Below, piece by piece: positions 27,884 through 38,504 of a stretch of DNA of 64,000 nt (position 1 is the stretch's first letter; the number at the start of each line of letters is the position of its first letter). The DNA is from an uncultured Dehalococcoidales bacterium (GTDB lineage: Bacteria > Chloroflexota > Dehalococcoidia > GIF9 > AB-539-J10), in assembly GCA_964586515.1 (NCBI GenBank), contig CAZPGJ010000004.1, forward strand, positions 85,701 through 149,700, in the 5' to 3' direction. Under the pieces are notes generated by a model. The model was not told the DNA's origin. It saw only the letters and a program-made list of their open reading frames with translations, and did no database searches. A program made the translations under genes and the position numbers.

Positions 27884-28832
27884 GCCGGGGGTTTCCAGAA
27901 GCTCTTCCAAGTTTCAGGGTAAGAACAGGCTGGGTCGCTTATTAACAGCCATGGTGACACCTTTTGATGCCCAGGGCGAGGTTGACTATCAACAAGCTAG
28001 GAGGCTGGCACTAGCCTTACTGGATTCAGGTAGTGATGGGGTGGTGGTCTCGGGCACCACTGGCGAGTCTCCTACTCTGAGCCGGGAAGAAAAACTACGG
28101 CTTTTCACTGAAATAAAATCAGCGGTAGGCAACCGCGGAGCAGTAGTTGCTGGCACAGGTAACTATGACACCAGAGAAAGCCAGGAGTTAACTAAGGAGG
28201 CGGAAGAAACTGGTGTCGACGCTTGTCTCTTGGTAGTTCCCTATTATAATCGGCCGACCCAGCAAGGCTTGTGGGAGCATTTTAAAGCCATTGCCCAGAG
28301 TACTACCTTGCCTTGCATCATCTATAATGTGCCATCGCGTACGGTTACCAACCTTGCTGCCGATACGGTAATCAAACTGAGCCAGATTGATAATATTGTG
28401 GGCGTGAAGGAAGCCAGTGGCAATTTCGGGCAAATAGCTGAGATTATTCAGGGAACCAGGGAAGATTTCTTAGTTTACAGTGGCAATGATAGTGATACCT
28501 TCTCCATACTCGCTTTGGGTGGTTACGGCGTGATTAGCATCGCCTCTCATCTAATAGGAACCCAGATAAGGGACATGATAGAGAAGTTCCTTAACGGTAA
28601 ACTTCAAGAGGCAGCCAGGATCCACCGATACTTATTACCTCTGGTAAATGCCTTGTTCATCGTTTCCAATCCTATACCTGTCAAGTGGGCTCTGAATTAC
28701 GTAGGTTTTCCAGTGGGTAAACCTCGCTTGCCTCTGGTTGAGCCTGATGAAAAATCAGCCGATCTTATAAAGGCGGCACTAAAAAACTATAAGATAGATT
28801 TGCCTATCCCCCGGTTAAATTCTAAATCCTAA
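27876..28832 (+). CDS. dapA: 4-hydroxy-tetrahydrodipicolinate synthase (true start may be the internal Met near 27951)
   Basis: MVTPFDAQGEVDY, GTTGESPTLS, and the catalytic Lys region. Confidence 0.85.
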   Translation: MNRPGVSRSSSKFQGKNRLGRLLTAMVTPFDAQGEVDYQQARRLALALLDSGSDGVVVSGTTGESPTLSREEKLRLFTEIKSAVGNRGAVVAGTGNYDTRESQELTKEAEETGVDACLLVVPYYNRPTQQGLWEHFKAIAQSTTLPCIIYNVPSRTVTNLAADTVIKLSQIDNIVGVKEASGNFGQIAEIIQGTREDFLVYSGNDSDTFSILALGGYGVISIASHLIGTQIRDMIEKFLNGKLQEAARIHRYLLPLVNALFIVSNPIPVKWALNYVGFPVGKPRLPLVEPDEKSADLIKAALKNYKIDLPIPRLNSKS

Positions 28833-28880
28833 TTTCTAAGCTCTAAACAAATCCAAATATCTAAATTCGAATATCAAAAG
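28815..28880. repeat. AT-rich repeat (CTAAATCCTAAT / CTAAGCTCTAAAC / AAATCCAAAT) overlapping the last codons of dapA and a convergent terminator region
   Basis: Shares words with the 19300-19445 cluster. Confidence 0.6.
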
Positions 28881-28912
28881 TGTTTTGGTCATTTGTATTT
28901 TGATGAAAGGAA

Positions 28913-30232
28913 TTAAATTTTTCCTTTCTCTTGTTTGGGATTTCGTGCTTCAGATTTTGGATTTCTTTCAATAATTTGCCTCCTATCTGGTCCTACGGCA
29001 ACGAGACTGATGGGGCAGGAAAGGAGGTCTTCAAGGCGGGACATATAATTGCGAGCTCCCACCGGCAGCTTTTTGAAATTTCGAATTCCACTTATTGATT
29101 CTTGCCAACCATCCAATTCTTCGTAGATAGGTTGACATTTTTCCAATATGGCGACATCGCTGGGGAAAGAAGTTAGGACCTCGCCTTTAAATTTGTAGGC
29201 GGTGCATATTTTAATTGAGGGGAAACCATCGTAGATATCGAGGTGAGTTAGAGCTATATCACTAAGGCCATTTATTTGAACGCTGAAGCGACCTGCCACA
29301 GCATCAAGCCAGCCGCATCTTCGTGGCCTCCCTGTGGTAGCACCATACTCACGAGCCTTTTCTCGTATTAGGTCACCAATTTCGTCTTTGAGTTCTGTGG
29401 GCATAGGTCCGGCACCGACTCTAGTATTATATGCTTTAAATATGCCCACCACACGATCGATTCCTCTTGGGCCCAGGCCTGCTCCAATACAGCTTGCTCC
29501 GGCCAGCGGTGAAGAAGAGGTTACATAGGGATAGGTGCCAAAGTCAGGGTCAAGTAAAGCTCCCTGGGCACCTTCTAACAAAACAAGCTCTCCTTTTGTC
29601 GCCGCTTCGCGAATTATAGAGCTAGTTTCTCGGATGAAAGGGATAAGCCGCTCTCCATAATGACAATATTGTTGGTAGATCTCCTCCAGTGATAGAGGCG
29701 AAGCTTGGTACACTTTGGTCAGGATAATATTTTTGAGCTCCAGAGCCGACTTCAAGCGGCTCAGAAATACATCCTTATCTAGCAAATCTCCAACCCGAAT
29801 TCCCAAGCGAGCTACTTTGTCAGCAAAGACAGGGCCGATTCCTCTGAGTGTGGTACCCAATGCTCCTTTACTGCGCCTTTCTTCTTCCAGTTTGTCGAGG
29901 AGAATGTGATAGGGCATGATCAGGTGAGCACGAGCGCTAATAAAAAGGCGACTTATACCTATGCCGTGGTTTTGCAAGTCATCTATTTCTTTAAGAAGTA
30001 CTGCTGGGTTAATAGCTACACCATTGCCGATAATGCAAGTTACCTGTGGGTAAAAAATGCCCGAAGGGACGAGATGCAGCCGGAACTCGCCATAAGGGTT
30101 GGTTACAGTGTGGCCAGCATTATCTCCCCCGGAGAAACGAACTACTATCTTCGCTTTCTCAGCTAAGAAATCGATTATCTTTCCTTTACCTTCATCACCC
30201 CACTGCCCTCCCACAATAGCTATAACAGCCAC
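28913..30232 (-). CDS. purA: adenylosuccinate synthetase
   Basis: GGQWGDEGKGKIID P-loop, 439 aa. Confidence 0.9.
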   Translation of the reverse strand: MAVIAIVGGQWGDEGKGKIIDFLAEKAKIVVRFSGGDNAGHTVTNPYGEFRLHLVPSGIFYPQVTCIIGNGVAINPAVLLKEIDDLQNHGIGISRLFISARAHLIMPYHILLDKLEEERRSKGALGTTLRGIGPVFADKVARLGIRVGDLLDKDVFLSRLKSALELKNIILTKVYQASPLSLEEIYQQYCHYGERLIPFIRETSSIIREAATKGELVLLEGAQGALLDPDFGTYPYVTSSSPLAGASCIGAGLGPRGIDRVVGIFKAYNTRVGAGPMPTELKDEIGDLIREKAREYGATTGRPRRCGWLDAVAGRFSVQINGLSDIALTHLDIYDGFPSIKICTAYKFKGEVLTSFPSDVAILEKCQPIYEELDGWQESISGIRNFKKLPVGARNYMSRLEDLLSCPISLVAVGPDRRQIIERNPKSEARNPKQEKGKI

Positions 30233-30823
30233 TTAATCACCTTTAATTTTTCCTTGCTTCCATAGGTAAACTAACCTTTGAACTACAGTGATAAAGACAA
30301 AGACCACCAAAACACATAAAGCAATAAAAATCTGATTTATCAACAAACCTATTGCTAATACTATAACCCGTTCTGCTCTTGTAAACAAGCCAACCTGACA
30401 TTGCCAACCGAGCCCCTCTGCTCTAGCTCTTATATAGCTGATCAAAAAAGAGCCAATTAAGACGGCAAAAATAAGCATAATTTCTAATCTGCCTCCGCGA
30501 CCTGAATACCAAATCAAGAGACCAAAGAGAGTCGCTGCTTCAGAAATGCGGTCAACTGTTGAATCCAGAATAGCGCCAAACTTTGTAGTTTGCTTGGTGA
30601 AGCGAGCTAAGGCTCCGTCAAGGAGGTCAAATAAGCCTGAAACTAGGACTAAAACCCCGCCAACAAGAAAGTGCCCAGTAGCGATAACATAGGCCGCGAC
30701 TATATTCAGAGCGAGGTTGATAAGGGTAAGAGCATTGGGCGTTATCCCGCTTTTACTCAAAATCCTAACTATAGGATTGGTAATACGATAGGCTAAATTC
30801 CGTCGAATGTCTATTAAATTCAT
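30233..30823 (-). CDS. CDP-alcohol phosphatidyltransferase family protein (putative phosphatidylinositol-phosphate synthase)
   Basis: D(x)2DG(x)2AR(x)n motif (GLFDLLDGALAR), multi-TM; adjacent to MIPS. Confidence 0.75.
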   Translation of the reverse strand: MNLIDIRRNLAYRITNPIVRILSKSGITPNALTLINLALNIVAAYVIATGHFLVGGVLVLVSGLFDLLDGALARFTKQTTKFGAILDSTVDRISEAATLFGLLIWYSGRGGRLEIMLIFAVLIGSFLISYIRARAEGLGWQCQVGLFTRAERVIVLAIGLLINQIFIALCVLVVFVFITVVQRLVYLWKQGKIKGD

Positions 30824-30836
30824 TCAGCTCTTCCAG

Positions 30837-31745
30837 CTAGTTTATTATCCCTTTCTTTTGAAGAAATTTGACTACTCCTTGCATTTGCTCTTCGCCGTTC
30901 CACTCGCCGATTTCGCAAACTTTTACTATTCCCGGAGGTAAATATTTGGCCACCATTTCCCAATTCATATTTCCCTTTCCTGGGGCATGGTGATCGGAAA
31001 TGCCAAGAATGTCGTGTAGGTGGATGCCGACTATCCTGTCTTTGAATCGGGAAAGCCATTCTTCATGCAAGCTAAATCCAAGCTGCTGTTGCACTTCAGC
31101 ATGCCCTACATCATGCCAGTAGCCCACCAGGCTTTGTGATACTTCATTAAGTAACTCTGCCATTTCGTCCATATTTGGTATCTCGTTAGGATGAAATCTG
31201 GTCTCAAGTCCCAGTATTATACCCTTTTGCTGGCTATATTCTCTAAGCTCTTGAAGACTTTTTTTCGCTGCATTAAGGTAAAGAGGAGCTTGGGAAATGC
31301 GCTGGTAAACTAGCTCTTCTTTAGCCTGGCTATAGTCTTTGGTTTGAGCGTAGCCTCCATTGTGAAGCTTATACAGCCTATCTTGTAAACTCAGGTCAAT
31401 TGGCACTTCACCCATATGAAGGACAACAGCCTTGGCGCTCACATTTGCCGCAAGGTCTATTGTTTTCTGGGTGAAGCTAACAGCCTCCATTCGCTCGTTC
31501 TCGTCCAGAGAACTTAAGGAAAGGCTGCTTATGGGGATTCCTCTGGATGACAATACCGCTGGGCAGGGAGAATGAATGCTTGAAATAGGGACTGTGGTCT
31601 TGAGAAGTTCACTGAACATTCGTGGGGAAATCGAAGTATTTGCTTCTATGTGGGTAAAGCCCAATTCTCTAGCTTTGGCGGCGAATCCCGCCATGTGGCT
31701 AAATCTACCTTTAGCCCACATGGTGGAAAGGGAAACTTCGGACAA
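30837..31745 (-). CDS. xylose isomerase-like TIM-barrel protein (sugar phosphate isomerase/epimerase family)
   Basis: 302 aa TIM-barrel pattern with conserved His/Glu/Asp positions; function unresolved. Confidence 0.5.
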   Translation of the reverse strand: MSEVSLSTMWAKGRFSHMAGFAAKARELGFTHIEANTSISPRMFSELLKTTVPISSIHSPCPAVLSSRGIPISSLSLSSLDENERMEAVSFTQKTIDLAANVSAKAVVLHMGEVPIDLSLQDRLYKLHNGGYAQTKDYSQAKEELVYQRISQAPLYLNAAKKSLQELREYSQQKGIILGLETRFHPNEIPNMDEMAELLNEVSQSLVGYWHDVGHAEVQQQLGFSLHEEWLSRFKDRIVGIHLHDILGISDHHAPGKGNMNWEMVAKYLPPGIVKVCEIGEWNGEEQMQGVVKFLQKKGIIN

Positions 31746-31837
31746 CTTGTTACCTCTAGCTCGTGGCGAACTTAAAGTTTCGCTTTTGGCTCTTAACCTA
31801 AGTTGTTTGAAGCTAGTATTTTTGCCACAAGAATGAC

Positions 31838-32962
31838 TTATGCCTCGACCTTGACTGAGTCTAGCTCAGGCAAGGAAATGGGACCTTGTTGCTCTTGTCC
31901 TGCGATAAATGTTTCAGTTCTTATACGGGCTTCCTCATCAGAATACTGAATTGGCGGAGATTTCATAAAATAAGCTGAAGGACCCACTATGGTCCCGCTT
32001 AAGCCACGGTCCCGGGCTAGTTTACAGCATCTTATGGCGTCAATAACTACCCCGGCTGAATTTGGGCTATCCCATACCTCTAGCTTTAGTTCTAGATTCA
32101 GAGGTACATCGCCGAAGGTACGGCCTTCCATCTTCAGGTAACAAAATTTGCGGTCAGCTAGCCAGGGCACATAGTCGCTGGGGCCGATATGAATGTTGTC
32201 GGCACCAATATCGTAGTCTAGCTGCGAGGTTACAGCGTATGTCTTGGAAATCTTCTTAGATTCCAGTCTCTCGCGCTCCAGCATATTGTAGAAATCGGTA
32301 TTGCCGCCAAAATTTAGCTGGTAAGTTCGTTCTAGTTTAACACCGCGGTCACGAAAAAGTTTGGTTAATACTCTGTGAGTAATTGTAGCGCCTACCTGGG
32401 ACTTAATATCATCACCAATGACAGGCAATCCCCGCTCGGCAAACCTGCCTTGCCAATATCTTTCACGGGCAATAAAAACAGGCATGCAATTGATGAAGCC
32501 GCAGCCGGCAGTTAGCACTTGTTCCACATACCATTTAGTTGCCTCTTCGCTTCCTACAGGCAGATAATTAACCACTACGTCAGTTTCGGTCTTCTTGAGT
32601 ATATCCACAATATTGGCGGTTGGGCCTGGCGCCTTAGTGATAATTTGAGACAGGTACTTGCCCAGTCCATCGTGGGTCATACCTCGCTCAACTCGGATAC
32701 CTGTCTTAGGCACATCACAAAATTTAATAGTGTTATTTGGCTTAGTGTAAATGGCCTGAGCCAAATCCTTGCCCACTTTGTTTTTATCAATATCAAATGC
32801 AGCTACAAAGTTGATGTCAGCTATATGATAGCCCCCCAGATTAGCATGCATCAGGCCAGGGATAAATTCATCTTCTCTGGCATCCTTGTAGTAATGAACT
32901 CCTTGCACTAAAGATGACGCACAATTACCGACACCTATTATGGCTACGTTTATTGGTCCCAT
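31838..32962 (-). CDS. ino1: myo-inositol-1-phosphate synthase (archaeal/bacterial short type)
   Basis: [16 protein letters not shown] Rossmann motif, NFGGNTDF; start taken at MGPINV. Confidence 0.85.
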   Translation of the reverse strand: MGPINVAIIGVGNCASSLVQGVHYYKDAREDEFIPGLMHANLGGYHIADINFVAAFDIDKNKVGKDLAQAIYTKPNNTIKFCDVPKTGIRVERGMTHDGLGKYLSQIITKAPGPTANIVDILKKTETDVVVNYLPVGSEEATKWYVEQVLTAGCGFINCMPVFIARERYWQGRFAERGLPVIGDDIKSQVGATITHRVLTKLFRDRGVKLERTYQLNFGGNTDFYNMLERERLESKKISKTYAVTSQLDYDIGADNIHIGPSDYVPWLADRKFCYLKMEGRTFGDVPLNLELKLEVWDSPNSAGVVIDAIRCCKLARDRGLSGTIVGPSAYFMKSPPIQYSDEEARIRTETFIAGQEQQGPISLPELDSVKVEA

Positions 32963-33359
32963 TATTACCTCCTTTGTTGATGCGAAAACTATTGCGGGGG
33001 TCAATTTTAGCATCCTCATCAGTGCTTAGCTCCCCGATCAATTTAAGTAATCTCGCCCCGCGCTCAATAGAGTCATCGTAATGAAAGCTGAGCTGCGGTA
33101 TCTGTTTTAATCTTAAGTGAGCTGCGAGTTCTTTGCGCAAAAATCCTGAAGCATTATTGAAGCCTGCCAGTAAATCTTTCTTATTCATTTCGGTACCCAG
33201 GGTACTAACATATACCTTGGCATGCTTAAGATCAGGAGAAAGGGTAACTTCTGTCACCGAGACAAACTTGCTCAGTCTGGGGTCATTAACCTCACGCTCA
33301 AGCAATCCGCTGATTTCTCGCTGGATCAGTTTACATGTTCGCTCACTTCGCCTGCTCAT
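32925..33359 (-). CDS. rbfA: ribosome-binding factor A
   Basis: 144 aa, N-terminal [15 protein letters not shown] RbfA signature. Confidence 0.8.
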   Translation of the reverse strand: MSRRSERTCKLIQREISGLLEREVNDPRLSKFVSVTEVTLSPDLKHAKVYVSTLGTEMNKKDLLAGFNNASGFLRKELAAHLRLKQIPQLSFHYDDSIERGARLLKLIGELSTDEDAKIDPRNSFRINKGGNNGTNKRSHNRCR

Positions 33360-33385
33360 TTGAATCTCCTATCTGGGGAGTATGA

Positions 33386-35149
33386 TTAGCCTACTCTTTC
33401 CTTTCGGTAAAATTCAATGATATCGCCAATTTGAAAATCGACAATACCCTCTATACCCAGGCCACATTCGAGGCCGGCGGAGACTTCGGCGACATCCTCT
33501 TTAAAACGCTTTAAGCTGGAGACCCGAGAGTCACCAATGACTTTATTTTGGCGCGATATTTTAACTTGGGCATCTCTTGATGCTTTTCCTTCCATAACGT
33601 AAACTCCGGCTATTTTTCCCACTTTACCGCGAGCGAAAACAGCCCTCACTTCGGCACGCCCGCTGAGCACTTCAGCATAAGTTGGCTCAAGCATTCCCTT
33701 CAATGTCTTGTCCACGTCTTCTATCAGCTTGTAGATTATGTCGTAGTGCTGAATACCTACCGCTTCCACATCAGCTAGTTGTGTTGCTCCAGGTGAAGTA
33801 GGAGTATTAAAACCGATGATAATGCCTTTTGAGGCTGAGGCCAAAAGCACATCACTCTCGGTGATGCTCCCGCTAGCAGCATGGATGACTCTAGCTTTCG
33901 TCTTCTCTGTGCCCAGCCTTTCTACAGAAGTTTTTATGGGTTCAATGCTGCCATCGACATCCGTCTTCAAAACTATGTTGAGTTCTTTTATTTGCCCATC
34001 GCTTATCTGGCTGGAAAGAGCACTTAAACTGAGAGCGGGACCAGGTCTGGTATATTTTTGTTTTTCAACAACACTTCGTGCTTCACGCTCACCGGAAAGC
34101 ACAGTAAAAAGGTCCCCTGCTTTTGCCACCTCGTTTAAGCCAAGGACTTCCACTGGAGTAGACGGTTCAGCTTTATGAACTTGCTTTCCTTTATCGTCAA
34201 ACATGGCTTTTATTTTCCCCCAGGCATTGCCAGCTACCACAACATCGCCCCGTTTAAGTGTGCCCTTCTGCACAAGAAGGGTAGCTAAAGGGCCTTTAGT
34301 TTTATCCAGTTTAGCCTCAATGATTACCCCTTCTGCGACGCTATCAGGATCAGCTTTCAGTTCTAATATGTCAGCAACTAAGAATATGTTTTCCAATAAA
34401 TCTGATATTCCTTGTCCTTGCTTGGCTGATATGAGCACACAAACAGTATCGCCGCCCCACTCCTCAATAACCAGACCCAAATCGGCAAGCTGCTGCTTTA
34501 CACGCTCGGGATTAGCATCAGGTTTATCAATCTTATTGATTGCGACTACTATTGGCACCTTGGCAGCCTTGGCGTGGTTTATAGCTTCTACAGTCTGGGG
34601 CATAACACCGTCATCAGCGGCAACTACCAGGATGACAATATCAGTTGCTTGTGCTCCTCGGGCTCTCATGACAGTGAAGGCCTCATGTCCCGGTGTATCC
34701 AAAAAGGTGATTTTGCGTCCATCCAGTAAGGCCTGGTAGGCACCGATATGTTGGGTAATTGCTCCTGCCTCGCGAGCAGTTACATTAGTCTTTCTAATGA
34801 CATCAAGGAGGGTGGTTTTGCCATGGTCAACATGTCCCATGACAGTAACTACTGGAGGGCGAACTGGCAGTTTTCCCTTTCCTTTCCCTTTTCCCCTTTC
34901 CTTTCGGGAAGGTGAAGTTCCACGCTCTTTCGCTGCTTTAGCATTATAGCCAAAGTCTGCAGCTGTTATGCTTGCAGTATCAAAGTCGATGGTCTGGTTA
35001 ACGTTGGCCATGATACCTTTGCGCATGAGTTGTTTAATTACTTTTATAGGCTCTACTTTTAATACGTCGGCCAGCTGCCTCACAGTTATGGAAGGTGGAA
35101 GCTCAACTTGTGGTGGGCCTTTTTTCAATCTTGGTTTGTTATCATCCAA
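33386..35149 (-). CDS. infB: translation initiation factor IF-2 (short form)
   Basis: GTPase motifs GHVDHGKTTLLD, DTPGH, NKID. Confidence 0.9.
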   Translation of the reverse strand: MDDNKPRLKKGPPQVELPPSITVRQLADVLKVEPIKVIKQLMRKGIMANVNQTIDFDTASITAADFGYNAKAAKERGTSPSRKERGKGKGKGKLPVRPPVVTVMGHVDHGKTTLLDVIRKTNVTAREAGAITQHIGAYQALLDGRKITFLDTPGHEAFTVMRARGAQATDIVILVVAADDGVMPQTVEAINHAKAAKVPIVVAINKIDKPDANPERVKQQLADLGLVIEEWGGDTVCVLISAKQGQGISDLLENIFLVADILELKADPDSVAEGVIIEAKLDKTKGPLATLLVQKGTLKRGDVVVAGNAWGKIKAMFDDKGKQVHKAEPSTPVEVLGLNEVAKAGDLFTVLSGEREARSVVEKQKYTRPGPALSLSALSSQISDGQIKELNIVLKTDVDGSIEPIKTSVERLGTEKTKARVIHAASGSITESDVLLASASKGIIIGFNTPTSPGATQLADVEAVGIQHYDIIYKLIEDVDKTLKGMLEPTYAEVLSGRAEVRAVFARGKVGKIAGVYVMEGKASRDAQVKISRQNKVIGDSRVSSLKRFKEDVAEVSAGLECGLGIEGIVDFQIGDIIEFYRKERVG

Positions 35150-35151
35150 GT

Positions 35152-35436
35152 TTAGCTTTCCTCCAAGTTATGACTGTACTCACGTAAGGTTTGTCGATTG
35201 TCATCATGAAGTTTTGTTCGTAGAGCATAATCCAGCCGGTTTTTCCTCAGTGCTACCTCCCAACAGGTTTTTTTGGGGCATAAGTAAGCACCCCTGCCTG
35301 GCTTCTTCCCAAATACATCTATCTCAGCAATGCCATTCTCCGTACTCACTAGGCGTATCAGGTCTTTCTTTTCCTTAACCTGTCGACAAGCTATGCAAGT
35401 ACGCTGAGGTAGATGCTTACTCTTCGCTCTCATCAT
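35152..35436 (-). CDS. ylxR: YlxR/RnpM family (DUF448) RNA-binding protein
   Basis: RTCIACRQ...GRGAYLC; located between nusA and infB. Confidence 0.75.
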   Translation of the reverse strand: MMRAKSKHLPQRTCIACRQVKEKKDLIRLVSTENGIAEIDVFGKKPGRGAYLCPKKTCWEVALRKNRLDYALRTKLHDDNRQTLREYSHNLEES

Positions 35437-36772
35437 CTATAAAATGTTCATCTTTCTTCTTATACTTTATCACCTTTCCCTTTCTTTTATCTTTAGTTCC
35501 GTTTTTCATCCTGTCTGGTATTTTTACTTTTAACGCCTCCACTAAGATATCTTCAGCAAAGCGAATTTGTTTTTCTTCGGGCTTCTCAGATGGAGCTTCT
35601 GAAATGCTTGGAATTTCAACCGACTCTTCCTCTCCAATCTCCTCAGCTGGCTCTGCTTCAGGTGGCTCCCTTTTCGTAACTTTAGGGGAAATGACTTTTG
35701 CTGCTGTTTCAGGCTCTGGTATAACAGTCCTTTCCGCCTCAATAGCAGAGACGCTCTTGATATCGATCCGCCAGCCTGTGAGTTTCGCTGCTAGTCTGGC
35801 ATTCTGTCCTTCTTTGCCTATAGCTAGAGAGAGTTGCTTATCAGGAACAACCACAGTAGCTATGTTTCTTTCTTCATCGGTTTTAATGCTTGCTACTTGA
35901 GCTGGGCTAAGAGCGTTAGCGATAAACACCGCAGGGTCGGGATGCCACTGGATTACATCTATTTTTTCGCCATTTAGTTCGTTAATGATACTTTGGAGTC
36001 TTATGCCTCGAGGGCCAAGACAGCAACCTACAGGGTCAACGTTTTCTTGAATAGTTGCCACTGCCACTTTGGTTCGATGTCCAGCCTCGCGAGCCAGGGC
36101 TTTTAACTCCACAATCCCGTTGTGAACTTCAGGGATTTCTAGCTCGAAGAGTCCGCGTATAAGATTGGGATGAGAACGAGAAACTATTATTTGGGGCTCT
36201 TTGTCCCTCTGTACCATCTCAAGAAGATAAAATTTAAGTCGCTGCCCTCTATAATAATGTTCATTAGGAACCTGTTCACTCACAGGAAGTATCGCCTCCA
36301 TTCTATTCAGTCTGACATAAATTCGTTTAGGTTCAGTGAATTGAATTGTTCCAGTAACAACCTTTCCTTCCCTATCGGTGAACTCTTCATAAACAATACG
36401 GTGTTCTGCCTCCCGCAATCGCTGTAGAACAACTTGTTTTGCTGCTTGAACAGCGATACGGCCAATATTCTTGGGTGTGCATTCTATGTTTATTACATCA
36501 CCAAGTTGTGCTGTAGCTCGCAGTTTTCGAGCTTCTTTGAGGGAGATTTCACGATTTGGATTGGCAACTGACTCAACTATAGCCTTTTGAATATAGAAAT
36601 TGATTTCGCCGCTTTCAGGGTCAACTTTTACTAGCACATCTTGTTCCAGAGCAGACATGCTTTTTTTATATGCCGAGGCCAGCGCTGATTCTAAGGCAGC
36701 CAGCACTACTTCTTTAGGCAAGTTTCTCTCAGCCGAAAGCTGAGTAATCGCAGCCTTAAGCTCTGTTTTCAT
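35417..36772 (-). CDS. nusA: transcription termination/antitermination factor NusA
   Basis: S1 plus two KH domains and a lysine-rich tail; start set at the second Met, preceded by GGGGAG. Confidence 0.85.
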   Translation of the reverse strand: MKTELKAAITQLSAERNLPKEVVLAALESALASAYKKSMSALEQDVLVKVDPESGEINFYIQKAIVESVANPNREISLKEARKLRATAQLGDVINIECTPKNIGRIAVQAAKQVVLQRLREAEHRIVYEEFTDREGKVVTGTIQFTEPKRIYVRLNRMEAILPVSEQVPNEHYYRGQRLKFYLLEMVQRDKEPQIIVSRSHPNLIRGLFELEIPEVHNGIVELKALAREAGHRTKVAVATIQENVDPVGCCLGPRGIRLQSIINELNGEKIDVIQWHPDPAVFIANALSPAQVASIKTDEERNIATVVVPDKQLSLAIGKEGQNARLAAKLTGWRIDIKSVSAIEAERTVIPEPETAAKVISPKVTKREPPEAEPAEEIGEEESVEIPSISEAPSEKPEEKQIRFAEDILVEALKVKIPDRMKNGTKDKRKGKVIKYKKKDEHFIDDESEE

Positions 36773-36929
36773 CTCCCCATTTCCCTTTAGTTTCTTACAT
36801 TTAGTAAAAAGGTGGGTAACCCCCACCTTAAGTTAAATCTATTTATTGTAATTTAACATATTCAGGTTAAAAATGCAAAAGATTGCCTAAATAGCTTATA
36901 ATTGGCAATTAATCAATTTAGGAGGAGAC

Positions 36930-38141
36930 ATGTTAGCTTTGGAAGGTGTGAAAATCCTGGATTTATCGAGGTTGATTCCAGGCACATTTTGCACCATGCT
37001 CCTGGGAGATTGGGGAGCTGAAGTGCTTAAAATTGAGGCGCCAGGGGTAACTGAATTTAGGGGTTCATTGAGAGCGCTTCAAGGGGAAGAAAACCGAAAG
37101 GAAGCAGCTTATTACGCCCCTGATCGCAATAAGAAGAGCATCGTGGTTAACCTAAAGTCGGAAGCAGGACGAGAAATATTTTACCGCCTTTCCCGGCACG
37201 CAGACGTTATTGTCGAGGGTTTTAGACCTGGAGTAGCTAAACGCTTGGGTATAGATTACGAAACTATAAGTAAGCTAAATCCTAAGATCATTTACTGCTC
37301 GCTTAGTGGCTATGGTCAAGATGGGCCTTATAATGCCTTTCCCGGGCATGATATCAACTATATATCTATGGCGGGTATCTTGGGCTTAATTGGATCCAGT
37401 GAAGGACCTCCAGTTATCCCCTTAAATCTGGTTGCTGACTTTGCGGGGGCTGCGTTATATGGAGCCTTGGGTATTTCGATAGCTTTGGTGGCTAGAAACA
37501 AGACGGGCGAAGGGCAATATGTGGATATGGCTTATATGGACGGAGCAGTATCACTCATGACCTGGTTCACCTGTGGTTACTTTTTTGACGGGTCAATGTT
37601 GAAGAGGGGTGAATCATGGCTTCATGGTGCCTATCCCTATTACGGAGTGTACGAAACCAAGGATGGTAAGCATATTACCATTGGCTGTCTCGAGCCACAT
37701 TTTTGGGAGAATCTATGCCGATTTTTAGGAAAGGAAGAATATATCCCCTATCACTTCGCTCTGGAACACACCTTTCATAAGCCAGAAGATGAGAAATGGG
37801 ATGAAATCCGCGCTTCTTTGAAGCAAATTTTCCTAACTAAGACAAGAGATGAATGGTTTGAATTGTTGATTCATAACGATGTCCCTGCCGGCAAAGTTTA
37901 TACACCGGACGAGGTTTTTAGTGACCCACAGGTGCTTCATCGCCAAATGGTAATAGAGGTGGAACACCCTACCCTGGGCAAGATAAAACAAGTTGGCATA
38001 GCTCCCAAGTTCTCAAGCACACCAGGCAAGGTGAGAAGTTTACCTCCACTTCCTGGGGAACACACTGATGAAATATTACAGGAATTAGGCTATAAACGGG
38101 AGGAGATTGAGGATTTACGACAGGAAGGTGTAGTATGTTAA
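36930..38141 (+). CDS. CoA-transferase family III (CaiB/BaiF) protein
   Basis: N-terminal LEGVKILDLSRLIPG and Asp-containing active-site region. Confidence 0.8.
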   Translation: MLALEGVKILDLSRLIPGTFCTMLLGDWGAEVLKIEAPGVTEFRGSLRALQGEENRKEAAYYAPDRNKKSIVVNLKSEAGREIFYRLSRHADVIVEGFRPGVAKRLGIDYETISKLNPKIIYCSLSGYGQDGPYNAFPGHDINYISMAGILGLIGSSEGPPVIPLNLVADFAGAALYGALGISIALVARNKTGEGQYVDMAYMDGAVSLMTWFTCGYFFDGSMLKRGESWLHGAYPYYGVYETKDGKHITIGCLEPHFWENLCRFLGKEEYIPYHFALEHTFHKPEDEKWDEIRASLKQIFLTKTRDEWFELLIHNDVPAGKVYTPDEVFSDPQVLHRQMVIEVEHPTLGKIKQVGIAPKFSSTPGKVRSLPPLPGEHTDEILQELGYKREEIEDLRQEGVVC

Positions 38142-38153
38142 AGGAGTTAGATT

Positions 38154-38501
38154 ATGGCTGAAGAATGTATTTTTTGTAGAATCATCGCTGGTGAGGTGCC
38201 TAGCGACATAGTCTATCAAGATGAAGATTTTCTAGCATTCAGGGATATCTTGCCTAAAGCACCTACACACGTGCTCATTATACCTAAAACCCATATTACA
38301 TCTGTGGCTGAACTTACTGAGGGACAACAAAAGCTTGCCGGGCGCCTTATAATCATAGCTAAAAATCTGGCTGAGAAAGAAGGGATAGCCAAGAAAGGTT
38401 ATCGCTTGGTTATAAATTGTGGCCCCGAAGGGGGGCAACTAGTGCCTCACCTTCATCTTCACCTTATTGGCGGCAGGAAGCTGGACGCCAGGCTTGGCTG
38501 A
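38154..38501 (+). CDS. HIT-family (histidine triad) protein
   Basis: HLHLHLIGG histidine triad. Confidence 0.8.
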   Translation: MAEECIFCRIIAGEVPSDIVYQDEDFLAFRDILPKAPTHVLIIPKTHITSVAELTEGQQKLAGRLIIIAKNLAEKEGIAKKGYRLVINCGPEGGQLVPHLHLHLIGGRKLDARLG

Positions 38502-38504
38502 AGA

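Noticed and set aside
33816-34739. 120-aa and 178-aa + strand ORFs
   Set aside because: They are antisense within infB and have no motifs. They are typical shadow ORFs.
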